Positions 27,041-38,445 of a stretch of DNA of 64,000 nt are shown piece after piece. A program made the translations under genes and the position numbers. Origin of the DNA: Octopus vulgaris (Eukaryota); contig OX597838.1 in the NCBI GenBank assembly GCA_951406725.2, positions 27,404,001 to 27,468,000 on the forward strand, in the 5' to 3' direction. Every line of letters begins with the position of its first letter. Position 1 is the first letter of the stretch. A model generated the notes under the pieces. It searched no databases. It saw only the letters and a list, made by a program, of their open reading frames with translations, and was not told where the DNA came from.

Positions 27041-27452
27041 GGCGTAGGAGTGGCTGTGGGGTAAGTAGCTTGCTCACCAACCACATGTTTCTGGGTTCAG
27101 TCCCACTGCGTGACGCCTCGGGCAAGTGTCTTCTACTATAGCCTCAGCCCGGCCAAAGCCTTGTGAGTGGATTTGATAGACGGAAAATGTAAGAAGCCCA
27201 TCGTATATATGTATATATATATGTACGTGTGTGTATATGTTTGTGTGTCAGTGTTTGTCCCCCCCCCAACATCGCTTGACAACCGATGGTGGAGTGTTTA
27301 TGTCCCCGTAACTTAGCGGTTCGGCAAAAGAGACTGATAGAATAAGTACTAGGGTTACAAAGAATAAGTCCCAGGGTCGATTTGCTCGACTAAAGGCGGT
27401 GCTCCAGCATGGCCACAGTCAAATGACTGAAACAAGTAAAAGAGTAAAGAGT
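27041..27452 (+). mobile_element. SINE family 1, full length
   Basis: ggcgtaggagtggctgtggggtaagtagc...aaatgactgaaacaagtaaaagagtaaagagt. Confidence 0.9.
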
Positions 27453-28322
27453 ATGGAATTGTTGGTATTACAGGATTGCGGCCTGAGGCACCTACCTAAA
27501 TTCCAGGATCACCTTTTACCTGATGTATATTTATAAAAGTCCATAAACGATATGCTTTGTACTGATCTGCTGGTTTCCCATGATATATAAGTATATTGAA
27601 TTCTAACAACTGGTTATTAGTGTTGCTATGGCTAAACTGACTTGCACATGTATATATGTAATTTTCAATCAGATCACCTGTGAATTAACTTAGGATCCCT
27701 TGACAACAGTGTAACTATCATTTACCATCATTTAACTAAGGTATCTTCAGCTTGATGAGTAGCTAGTGGAGCATCCCTCATTCAATAATTACTACTTCGG
27801 AGAATCTGCTAGCTAGGAATCATATGTTACCTGGATTTTACCTGCTCCATTCCCTAAATTTGGATTTTTACTTGCATGCATAGCATAAACTATAAAATAA
27901 TTTTTACAGTTTATTGAACTTTGTTTGATATGGGAAAAATTTACAACCTTCTATGTCAATAAACCACTGTTGTTCCTGAAAGTTGTTTTTTGTTCCTTCT
28001 ACGGACTGCTCAAAGCTTAATAACTTCCTACACCTTGATCCCTGGATCTTTCCTTCATGTATAATTATATATATATATATACATATGTCATTGTTATTAT
28101 GCAAAAGTGTTGTAAGTCCAAAACATTGCTTTTTCAGATAACGAATAAATAGTTTCACCATTCCAAAGCAAAACCGTTGTATTACACTGATGATTTTTGA
28201 TATTTTGGCATCTGAAGCAGCTGGAGATACGATAGTTTGAGCAAAAAAACTGGCTATTGCAAGCAAAAATAAATATTTAAAAAAAATTGCATTTGGCCAA
28301 ATTTGGACATACGACAGTTTAA

Positions 28323-28543
28323 CCCTTTCGTTACCAACCCGGCTGAAACCGCTTCTGGCTTTGTAGTACAAATATCTTATTTTCATAAGTTCTGAATTAA
28401 AATCTTCCACCAAACCTTTGTCACAATTTATGTTCCTAACACTAACTTAATGATAACTAAGTTAGTTTACTAAATTCTGTGTTATATTTAAAGGAATTGA
28501 AAGAAACACAGAGCATCTCAACAGAAATACAGTAACGAAAGGG
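28323..28543. mobile_element. piggyBac-type MITE family A, 221 bp
   Basis: TTAA at 28319-28322 and 28544-28547; TIRs ccctttcgttac / gtaacgaaaggg; collinear with 19493-19713. Confidence 0.9.
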
Positions 28544-28558
28544 TTAACATAATAGCAA

Positions 28559-28605
<47 letters not shown>

Positions 28606-29914
28606 TTTGGTGATACAAGTAGGGAGAATAGTTTAAGTGCTAATGTTTTATTCTGTTGCTTCTGCTACGTGTGTGCCTTTATTGTCCTCATTTTCCATCT
28701 GTCATCCATGCTGGAAGGGTCCAAGTCCTTTTTGAAGTTACTGCTCTCCTCGATGGTCTAGGGACCATGTCTCACTTACAGATTCCACTTTTGCCATGGT
28801 TTGCATGAATTGATATCCTTCCTTGCACCACACCCACTTTACAGACTGTACTGGGTGCTTTTCATTGTGGAACCAACACCATAGAGACCCTCCTATTCCC
28901 AAAAGGAGCCACTCTATCCTATATTGTCTCCTTTCTTTCACCAAGTACATAACTGGGACCTACACTCTAAATATTTATCACATTTGCTGCTGTCACATGT
29001 GGCATTTCTTATTGTTGGTGTTCATGTGGTGCCAAAACAATGGTTCTTTGGTACAAATGCCTAAAGAATATAACAGTAACATTTGAAATAGTTTTATTTA
29101 TTTTATTTCTTCTTTTGGTTTGTTTATTACTGTATTTCATTCACTTCTATTTCATATTCTTTGAAATTGAAGACATCAATGCCGATAATAATCACTTATT
29201 GGACTCAGTTAATTATATGATTACAAATGATTAATTAATTTTAGGCCAAGAATTTTTTCCGTTTTGTAATTTTATGTATTTTAATATGAAATACTTTTTG
29301 CAAAGTTATATTTAAAAAAAAAAAAAAATAAATAAATAAATAAATAAATGAAATTCTATAATATTGTAAAAGAAATTATTAATTTAAAATTTTTTAAACT
29401 CGGAAAATATATGAAGAGACGAAAGATGAAAAAGTATGGAAGAAATATTATTTTTTTGTCTTTTTAAAGTGTTTATTTTAATTTTTATATTGGATCAATC
29501 AGTAAAAGATATAAATGGAATACATTAGTGAGTTCAAGTTCTGATTCGGATGAGATCATCTTTTATCCCTCTGGAATCAATCAATAGTAATGATTGGGGT
29601 CAATTCTATTGATTGTCCCCTTTGTCCTTCATTAATGGCCATGTGTTGAGTCTAAAGAAAGCATCGTTATCTTTATCATCCCCTTCGTTAAAATTCTAAT
29701 AGATATCTATTATCTCTGATTTTTAATGCAAACATATTATGTTGAATTTCTGAGGATTAATCTAGGATTGGACCTGAGTATATGTTTATATTTAACCTAT
29801 TTTTGACCTTGGACAAGAGTACAAAGCCTGTTTGGTTTGGTAATTTTTTTGAAATAAACGTGAGTTCAGAGGGATTCAATAGCAAATTTTTATTAGTGAA
29901 TAACAACTATTTAA

Positions 29915-30135
29915 CCCTTTAGCATTTAAACCGGCCATGTCCGGCCAAAAGTATTCTGTCTGTTTTATGTTCAAACTGGCCAGATCTGGTCTCTCACACC
30001 AGCCCCACAATATCGTCTTAAAAATTAACAGCTACCTCATCAAAATCTCATAGCTACAAGATAATGCATGATTAGTTCAAGGCAATGTGGATGAAAAAGC
30101 ATTAATTTTGGTAGAATAATGCGAACACTAAAGGG
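29915..30135. mobile_element. piggyBac-type MITE family B, 221 bp (inverted relative to 24971)
   Basis: TTAA at 29911-29914 and 30136-30139; reverse complement of 24971-25191. Confidence 0.9.
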
Positions 30136-30139
30136 TTAA

Positions 30140-31010
30140 ATTCTTTTGACACCACGTTTCTACTGGAACATTGCTTTTGTTTCAAGTTATCTTGAAAATA
30201 AGAAAGAATTTTGTAAAATAGTTTTGTCGCTATCAAACTGGTGTTTGGAACCTAAATCAACATGAGTGTTAGTGTAGACCAGTTGGAGACATGAAGTTTG
30301 TATCATACAACCAGGGGCAGTTTCAGGGGTTGGTATCAAAATGGTTAAGAGGCAGCTTTTGATAGTTGTCAGGTACATTCTTCTTTGACCCCTTTGTTAC
30401 TATATTTCTATTGATGGAAAATTTTAATTTCTATCACTTCAAAACTGGGACGTTGAACAAGTTGCAATCTCAGGCAGGTTGGTATCAAAAGGGCTAACCC
30501 CTTCGTTACCATATTTCTGTTGAAATTTACTACCACTGTTTCAATCAATTTTATGGAAGAATTTAGTAAAATAACCTTGTCATTATCAAACTAGTGTTTG
30601 GAACATAAATTTATAATCTAGATCAGTGGTTCTCAACCACAACCCTGAGTCCATATCCTTGGGGGTCCATATCCCTCAACCAGGGTCCATATGACCCTCG
30701 GGGGGGCCATATCAGATTTTGTTGTCAAAATTTATATGTAATAAATTGCTTATATTTTTACAATAAACAAAATATTTTAACATTCTTTTTTTTTTTTTTA
30801 CAATTCCAAATGATATTTAATTATAAAAATATAACAGGATTTTTTAAACATTAAATGGGTGTAAGGGTCCACCCAAGCAAAACAAGAATCAAAGGGTTTT
30901 GCAGGTAAAAAACAATCGTTGAGAACCACTCATCTAGACAATTATAAAATGGGAAGGTTTGTATCATAGAACCAGAGGTGGTCTTAGACAGGTTGATATA
31001 AAAATGGCTA
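30140..31010. mobile_element. Chain of decayed family-A TTAA MITEs
   Basis: Units at about 30140-30344, 30390-30493 and 30498-31008 end in ggtatcaaaa(a/g)gg(t/c)taa-like motifs and share gaatttagtaaaata / ggaacataaat internal motifs. Confidence 0.7.
30624..30931. mobile_element. hAT/Charlie-type MITE nested in a TTAA MITE
   Basis: TIRs cagtggttctcaac / gttgagaaccactc; TSD atctagat (30616-30623) / atctagac (30932-30939) fits the Charlie NTCTAGAN preference. Confidence 0.85.
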
Positions 31011-31563
31011 AGTTGATGAGGGCAGTAAACAGGCAGGTATGTTGGAGGGTGGCATGAAATACTTTGTGGTACTTATCTATGATTGGGTCTCTTTTATATT
31101 CTGAGATCAAATTCCACTAGGATCGACTTTACCCGTCTTTATTCCAGGGTCAATAACATAAACTGCCAGTCAGATAGGAGTCGATGTAATCGACATATCT
31201 TTCTACCAGTCAGAAAACAATGCTTAAGCTGATGATTGGAATTCAGCTATTTTGCTCTTTTACTAGTCTCACTCCTTGGACTGCTGTCATGCTGGGGCAC
31301 CACCTTGAAGGGATTTAGTTAATCAAATTGACCTAAATATTTATTTTGAATTTATTCTGTTCGTGCCTTGTTGTCAAACTTGTAAACAAACCAACAAGAA
31401 ACATGTTTACGCATGTATACATACATTTACACACACACACACACAATACTTGGTATTATCTCCTTGTGTTGTTTAGACATGGAAAAATATTATATGCTTT
31501 TAATTATTTCAACGAAATTTAAACTGGAATTTTTGTCTTATGTCATTTTGTTTTATTTTTCAG

Positions 31564-31627
31564 GTAAGCAACATTGATTTATCTGTAATAATTTTTCCGT
31601 CTGTCTCTGAAAATGGAAGTCTAAAAC
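31564..31627 (+). other. Candidate 64-nt exon whose first bases regenerate a 5' splice site (recursive-splicing RS-exon)
   Basis: ttttgtcttatgtcattttgttttatttttcag|GTAAGC...CTAAAAC|gtaagt in unique sequence. Confidence 0.55.
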
Positions 31628-31682
31628 GTAAGTGAAAACATGTCTCTACTCACTGTCACTGTCTTGTGTGATTTTCTGCGAA

Positions 31683-31902
31683 CCCTTTTGTTACCTTTTT
31701 CTGTTAACATATACTCCCTTTGATTCAATTAATGTGTAAAATAATGAAGAAATTAGTAAAATAATATTCTAATTACTAAGCTATGGTCCGGAACAAATTA
31801 ACATAAAATTTTGATGGAAGATTATAATTTAGACCACTTTGAAAACAGTGAGTTTATGTCAAAGAACCTGGGGTGGTTTCAGGTGAGTTGGTATTAAAAA
31901 GG
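31683..31902. mobile_element. Decayed family-A TTAA MITE (~220 bp)
   Basis: cccttttgttac...ggtattaaaaagg(tta); aligns by eye to the reverse complement of 28323-28543. Confidence 0.7.
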
Positions 31903-32257
31903 TTAGAGACCTGATATAGTACAGGTTCTTATTTGGTTTCGTTGTTACTTGGTAGAATATATGTTAGGGATCAATGGGAGGCTGTTTCAACTAGGGTGAT
32001 CACAGTATCAACCAGACTATTGGATGTTGTATTATCACCGTTCACAATGCACTTTGCATCATTTTAGCTTTTAAATGATGCCAGCCTACTGGCTCGGTGA
32101 GCAGGCCAACATTCCTCCAGATTGGAAAGCTAGTCCATTGCAGGGTGAACCGGAGCAACATGAAATGATGTGTTTTGCACAAGAACACAAGACATTGCTG
32201 GTCCGAGAACTGAAACCGTTATCTCATGATCATGAGTGCTACACCTCTAACCACTAG

Positions 32258-32630
32258 TCTTCTTGTCTTGTCTTGAGACAGCATTCACCCGGGGTGGGTT
32301 GAGCTGGCTTCATTCATCCTCAATGCTGCATCTCTCACAAATGCCGACCAGACCTGGTGATTTGAGGCTAACGACTGCGTGATCTCCAACCACTCCTTAT
32401 TCCAGCGGCGAATGTCGTAGATATGGGGGCTTAGGTTGGGTTCCAGATCAGCCTTGACTGTCATCAGCCAGGTTTTTCGTTGTCCACCACATCGCTTTCG
32501 CCGACCCTGAAGGGGAGCTGGGGCAATTGCTTTGTAGATGAATTCTCCTGGTTGACGACGGAGGGCATGACCCAGCCAACGCAGATGTCCTTCAAATATT
32601 CCTCGGTGTTAGGAGGGACATCACGTTGTA
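32258..32630 (-). mobile_element. RTE-clade LINE 3' end with (CAAGA)n tail
   Basis: Minus-strand frame HLRWLGHALRRQPGEFIYKAIAP...CGGQRKTWLMTVKADL...; LRWLGH is typical of the RTE ORF2 C-terminus; tail appears as tcttgtcttgtcttg on +. Confidence 0.85.
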
Positions 32631-33224
32631 GAAACCATAGTAATGCAGACCATAATGGTACAGTTTATAGTCCTCCAGTTCATTAGGTCTCCTTGAACTG
32701 TCCAACCCTTGTTACCATGGAAGATGAGCATTATATGATGATAGCGACAGTGGTGGTGGTGGTAGTGATGTAGTGGTAGTAGTATATGGAAATTAAGAAG
32801 CATAAATAAACCAGTGATGGTCTATGGCTAGCTAACCTATATTATTCCTGATTATCTGGGATAAACATGCTTTAAGCTAACTTGAATTAACTTAATTCAA
32901 ATTCATATTAATTATGTACGTTATGTAATTATAGAATAATGGTGTTTTTCCTTAATGGAACAGCCGTTGAAAGTGATTAAATTAAGCTGTATCTACAAGC
33001 TTTATGCTTTTCTGCTGATTATTTTAAATAATTATTGCTCTTGAGGATTGTTTTAGCCGATTATGTATACACATAGTTCTATATTTAAGAGATGAGGAAT
33101 TATTCACATTATTTACATTTGATGGATTTATACACATGTATACTTTTTCCGCCTAGATTTACTGCAATGTTGCATCATGTTGGAGTCTGGTGACCAGTTA
33201 TTACTTGAGCTCTTAATTACTGGT

Positions 33225-33506
33225 GGCCGATGCCAGCGCCACCTTGACCAGCTTCCGTGCTGGTGGCACATAAAAAGCACCAACTGATCGTGGCCACTGG
33301 AAGCCTCCCCTGGCACCTGTGCCGGTGGCACACAAAAAGAACCCACTACACTCATGGAGTGGTTGGCGTTAGGAAGCACATCCAGCTGTAGAAACACTGC
33401 CAGATCAGACTGGAGCCTGGTGCAGCCTCCTGGCTTCCCAGATCCCAATCGAACTGTCCAACCTATGCTAGCATGGAAAACGGACGTTAAACGATGATGA
33501 TGATGA
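33225..33506 (+). mobile_element. SINE-like family 3
   Basis: Two gtgc(c/t)ggtggcac..aaaaag units, then ggagtggttggcgttaggaag..., ggacgttaaacgatgatgatg. Confidence 0.85.
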
Positions 33507-34052
33507 TTATGAAGATGATATATTTCTTGATGTTTTCATGCCACCTCTTTTTTATATGGCTGTATATTAAATTTTATTTTTTTTATAAACTTCACTTTCT
33601 GACAGTAAGGCTTGAAACGTATTGACTCTGAGTTTGACTGGGCTATTTCAATGATATTATCAAAACTGAAGCCTCATTATGGCTATTATTCTACTCATAA
33701 TCCACAGCTGTGTGGGTAGACAGTATGATGGTTATTAAACTATAAAGCATTTGCTCTGACAGTATGCAGGGTATCTGCAAATTTTGACAATGATTGTCAT
33801 CATCATTTAATGTCCATTCTCCATGCTGGCAAGTTAGGGAGCTACATCAGACTCCAGTCTGCTGTGGGTGGTTTCTATGGCTGGATGCCCTTCCTACTGC
33901 CAACCACTTTATAGATTGTGCTTTTATGTGGCACCACACAGGCATTTTTATGTGGTACTGCACCGGTGCTTTAACATGGCAACATGTGTACTTTTACGTT
34001 GTACCACTATGATGATGATGATAATAATATTCCATTCTACTAAAGGCACAAG

Positions 34053-34101
34053 AGTGCGGGCTACTAACCCCAAGATTCCAAGTTCAATTCCAGGCAGTGA
34101 A

Positions 34102-34144
<43 letters not shown>

Positions 34145-34312
34145 GCATTGAAAAATACCTTAGGAATGAGAACTCAGTTTCGAAATTTTCCCAAGACACT
34201 TGATGAAGGCTGGAGGGTATATCAGCCGAAATGTTGTGTTAACAACAAAGATTAGGACAAATATCCGTCAAATGTAAATAATGTAAATAATTCCTCATTT
34301 CTTAAATATAGA
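34053..34312 (+). mobile_element. 5'-truncated tRNA-derived retroposon carrying a hammerhead-ribozyme motif; 14-bp TSD
   Basis: TSD actaaaggcacaag at 34039-34052 and 34313-34326; anticodon-like arm gggctactaaccc; B box gttcaattcc; (AAT)n; hammerhead at 34195-34240. Confidence 0.75.
34195..34240 (+). ncRNA. Minimal type I hammerhead ribozyme motif (decayed core)
   Basis: Stem I acac/gtgt; core tTGATGA (C3 replaced by T) plus extra A; stem II GGCTG-gagggtatat-CAGCC; GAAA; tGTT. Confidence 0.7.
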
Positions 34313-34514
34313 ACTAAAGGCACAAGGCTTGAAATTTTGTGGGAGGGGACTAGTCAATTACTTCAACCCCAGTGTTTTATTGGTACTTAACTTATTGACC
34401 CTGAAAGGGTGAAAGGCTACCTTGCGCTGAATTTGAACTCAGAAGGTCAAGACAGATGAAATGCCTCTATGTATTTTGTCTGACATGTTAACGATTTTAC
34501 CAGTAGCTGCCTCA

Positions 34515-34891
34515 TTGATAATAATAATAATAATAATAATGATGATAATAATAATAATAATAATGATGATGATGATAAAAATAATGATAATAATAATAAT
34601 GATGATAATAATAATAATAATGATAATAATAATAATAATGGCACAGGGTAAGCAGTTTTAAGAGGAAGAGGAGGAGTTAGTTATATTGATCCCAATATCT
34701 CCCTGAAGAGCCGAAAGTCAAAATTGACCTTGGTGGGTTTTGATCCTTGAATGTAAAGCCAGGAGAAATACCACAAGGCATGGCATTTTCTTCTGTTGTT
34801 CTGATCATTCTGCCAATCTACAACCTTAATAATAATAATAATAGTAATAATAGTAATAATAATAATAGTAATAATAATAATAATAATAATA

Positions 34892-34935
<44 letters not shown>
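34515..34935. repeat. (AAT/GAT)n tracts around family-2 SINE remnants
   Basis: Seen directly. Confidence 0.85.
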
Positions 34936-34936
<1 letters not shown>

Positions 34937-35141
34937 CTAGTGTGAACAAGAGGTATGATGCTATGAGACTTTGTTCAGAAACCTATAATTATGTGTCTCT
35001 TTCATTTATTGTGTTCTTAAATGGCTTAAAGAAAAGTATAGAAGATAAAAAAAAAAAACTCAAAGACAACAAAATGATCTATCTGCTGGAAGGACAGCTA
35101 AAGAAGGCATTACCAATAATCAGCTTAATAGCTTTTACACA

Positions 35142-35173
<32 letters not shown>

Positions 35174-35413
35174 ACACACACACAATGTATATATCATTTT
35201 CATCTCTGTTTTCCACGCTAGCTTGGGTTGATTGGTTGGTACAAGATCAAATGATGTTTTGCTCCAATGTTTCAGTCTTTCACTGGGTTTTCGCAGCTGG
35301 ATGTTCTTCCTAATACCAACCCCTTTACAAAATGTACTGGGTGCATTTTATATTAGTGTTTGTTTTTATATGTAACTTGGCATAAAAACATACCTTAATA
35401 TGTGTGTGTGTGA

Positions 35414-35489
<76 letters not shown>

Positions 35490-35871
35490 ATAGTTAGTTG
35501 TAATGAATGGAAAAAGAGAGTACTTAATTCTAAAAGAGAGTGTAGATATATTTTTGTGTTCAGTCATGAACCAGAGCTGCATACCATAGGTTTCATTAGA
35601 CCTGAGAGCTTGAATTACAAGGAACCCAGAGTATCCAATTTGTTTTGGTTCCAACTGACCAAATATGTTATGCACACAAGCACACACACACTGAGTTTTC
35701 TACAGTTTCCATCCACCAAATCTGACACTGGTTGGCCTGGTGTTATAGTAGATGTGTATAGTGCTGTGCATTGGAACTGAACTCGTGTGTGTGTGTGTGT
35801 ACCATCATCATTTGACATCCTCTTCCCTTGCTGGTGTGGGTTGGACAGTTTGACTAGAACTGCTAAGCAGC

Positions 35872-36044
35872 TTCCAGTCTGATTTGGCATGGTTTCTATG
35901 GCTGGATGCCCTTCCTAACACCAACCACTCCAACAGTGTAATGAGTGGTTGGCATTAGAAAAGGCATCCACTCATTACACTCTTGGAGTGGTTGGTGTTA
36001 GGAAGAGCATCCAGTCGTAGAAGCCAAGCCAAATCAAACTGGAA
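35872..36044. repeat. Fold-back inverted repeat of family-3 sequence (~77-bp arms, 19-nt loop)
   Basis: 35872-35948 is the reverse complement of 35968-36044 with scattered mismatches. Confidence 0.85.
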
Positions 36045-36352
36045 CCTGGTGCAGCTCTCCAGCATATATACATATATATGTACACACACACACACATAAA
36101 TACATTCGTGTGTGTGTGTGTGCGTGCGTGTGTGCATGTGTGTTTGTAAAAGCATTTTACTAGATCATACTCGTATGCATCTGACAGCTATGGTGTTTTT
36201 CATATAAGGCTATTTATCAAGTTGATTGTCATCTCTCTCACACACACTCTCTCTCTCTCTCTCTACACACACACACGTGTGTGTGTGTGTGTGTGTTTGT
36301 CTGTGTCTAGATAGTCAGTCACAGAAAGATAGAGAGATGTAGATATGCCTAT

Positions 36353-36992
36353 CCTTTTGCGTGGGATTCTGCACATGTCGTTAGCTTATTAATTTTACTA
36401 AGACTAATATCCCACCGTGTCTAACAGTGTTAAAAAAAAACCAAAATAACACTGGATTATAGAATATTACGTGATTTTGTCCAATTTCTCTCTAATCTGT
36501 TCAAATATAATTTAATACCGCTTGAGGCGAGTATAAAGACAAAACCTGCCATCCTTCCTTTCACTTTTTTTTGCATTTTATTTGTCTTGATTTTTTTTCT
36601 CTTTCACCCAACTTAATCTCGTTTGGTGTCTCCTGTTTTCCTGGCTAATTATTATACCTGTCTCTTAATAATTCCAGAATTACAGTTGGGTGGTTCTGGA
36701 AAGAGCCACGTGTTGTTTAGTGTAGTTGTTGTTATTAGGGTTTTGCACTTAAAAAGAAAAAAATCTTGTGATTATGGTTTCAATTCATGAACCAAGCAGT
36801 GGATTGTGCTCTTGAGCAAAACACTTCATTCCATGTTGCTCTGCATCCACTCTAACACCTGAGAGAAATTGGACAAAATCACATAATATTCTATAATCCA
36901 GTGGGTTTTTTTTAACACTGTTAGACATGGTGGGATATTAGTCTTAGTAAAATTAATAAGCTAACGACATGTGCAGAATCCCATGCAAAAGG
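36353..36992. repeat. Inverted duplication of ~135 bp of unique sequence, 368-nt spacer
   Basis: 36353-36492 matches the reverse complement of 36861-36992 apart from three CpG-site substitutions and one short indel region. Confidence 0.9.
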
Positions 36993-37618
36993 CATCCAGC
37001 CATAGAAACCATGCCAAATCCCATGTTGCTCTGCATCCACTCTGACACCTGATGCGTGGCACTCTTGGTACACCTGTACAGGTAATGTCGATTTGATGGA
37101 TGGAATGAGCTTGTGTGCAGCCTAAACATTGCATCACTATGAACATCTGCACATGTTGTTCAACGAGAAATTGCAGAAACCTCATTTGTCCTCTACCACA
37201 CGAGTGCCCCCAGTGCTTGTGCACATGCATAAAATAGGTTCCTTTATCCATTCTATTGGTTTCGGTCATTGATTTTTGGTCACACTGGATGGGTTTTAAT
37301 GAGTTACATTGAATTCCCATTCCTCCCCGTTACTCAATCTGGTCGTCCTTTTATCGATTATCATTTAACAATCGCTTTGAGCTTACATATGTTCTTTTAG
37401 GGAGTTACCTCCTCTTTGGGTGCATATACAACAATGCTGCATTGTACATGCACCCTTGCTGCCATTCAGTATTGCACTTCAGATGCAATTGTTGTATATT
37501 TGCTTAAAGAGAGAATCACTCTGTTACCAGCAGGCATAGTAACACCCTGAACTTCTTCCCTGCCACTCTGTTCTGCTGCTGCTGCTACTACTACTACTAC
37601 TACTACTACTAATACTAC

Positions 37619-37650
<32 letters not shown>

Positions 37651-37700
37651 GAACTTGAAACACACACACACACATACATACATATATACATACATATACA

Positions 37701-37739
<39 letters not shown>

Positions 37740-38407
37740 GTGTGTATGTATATATATGAATGTTCTTTACTCTCCATCGTGGCTTTCGTCATGTCTAGAA
37801 CACAGAGGAAGGAACTAATTAACTAATGAAATTCGTTTCTAGCAGTCTCATCAGACGTAATTAGTCAGGCCATGTTTGTTCTCTAATGTACTTATTATTT
37901 GTTCCCTCTGATTACATTGTCTAGATGAACTATTATGTCTGTGCTGTGGAGTAGTCGTGGTAACATGCAAATATGTATTTGTAGATGTGCGTGTGTTTGT
38001 GTTTATACATCTATACTATCTATGTAGATCTCTCTCTCTAAATATGTGTGTGTGTCTCTATACGTATAGAGAAGTTTAGATCTCACCTTGTAAAGCTGAC
38101 AATTGTTTCTATTGCATTAACATACATACAGACACATATATATATATATACACACATACATAATATGCATACATAAACATATGCACAGTCATATACATAC
38201 ATATGTACGTACGTACGTACGCATGTCACATCACAAGAGACTACAGAAGTTGATATGGAAGATGTCAAGAAACAAGCTGAAAGGATACATTGAATAGATT
38301 TGACAAATATTGAAGACTGGATGCCCAAAGCCATAAGTTATAAAGAAATAAAAATGCCTTTACCCAGTAGTGGAAGAGCTATAACTGGTTTGATTGGTTG
38401 ATGTGCG

Positions 38408-38445
<38 letters not shown>

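Noticed and set aside
27904-28413. 169-aa minus-strand ORF
   Set aside because: Starts inside a TTAA MITE and crosses a TA microsatellite; no recognisable domain.
37825-37866. Minus-strand CTGATGA-gactgcta-GAAA
   Set aside because: No stem II pairing; probably chance.
38225-38337. Purine-rich, exon-like stretch (..EVDMEDVKKQAERIH*)
   Set aside because: In-frame stops and no splice signals; more likely a decayed LINE 3' fragment.
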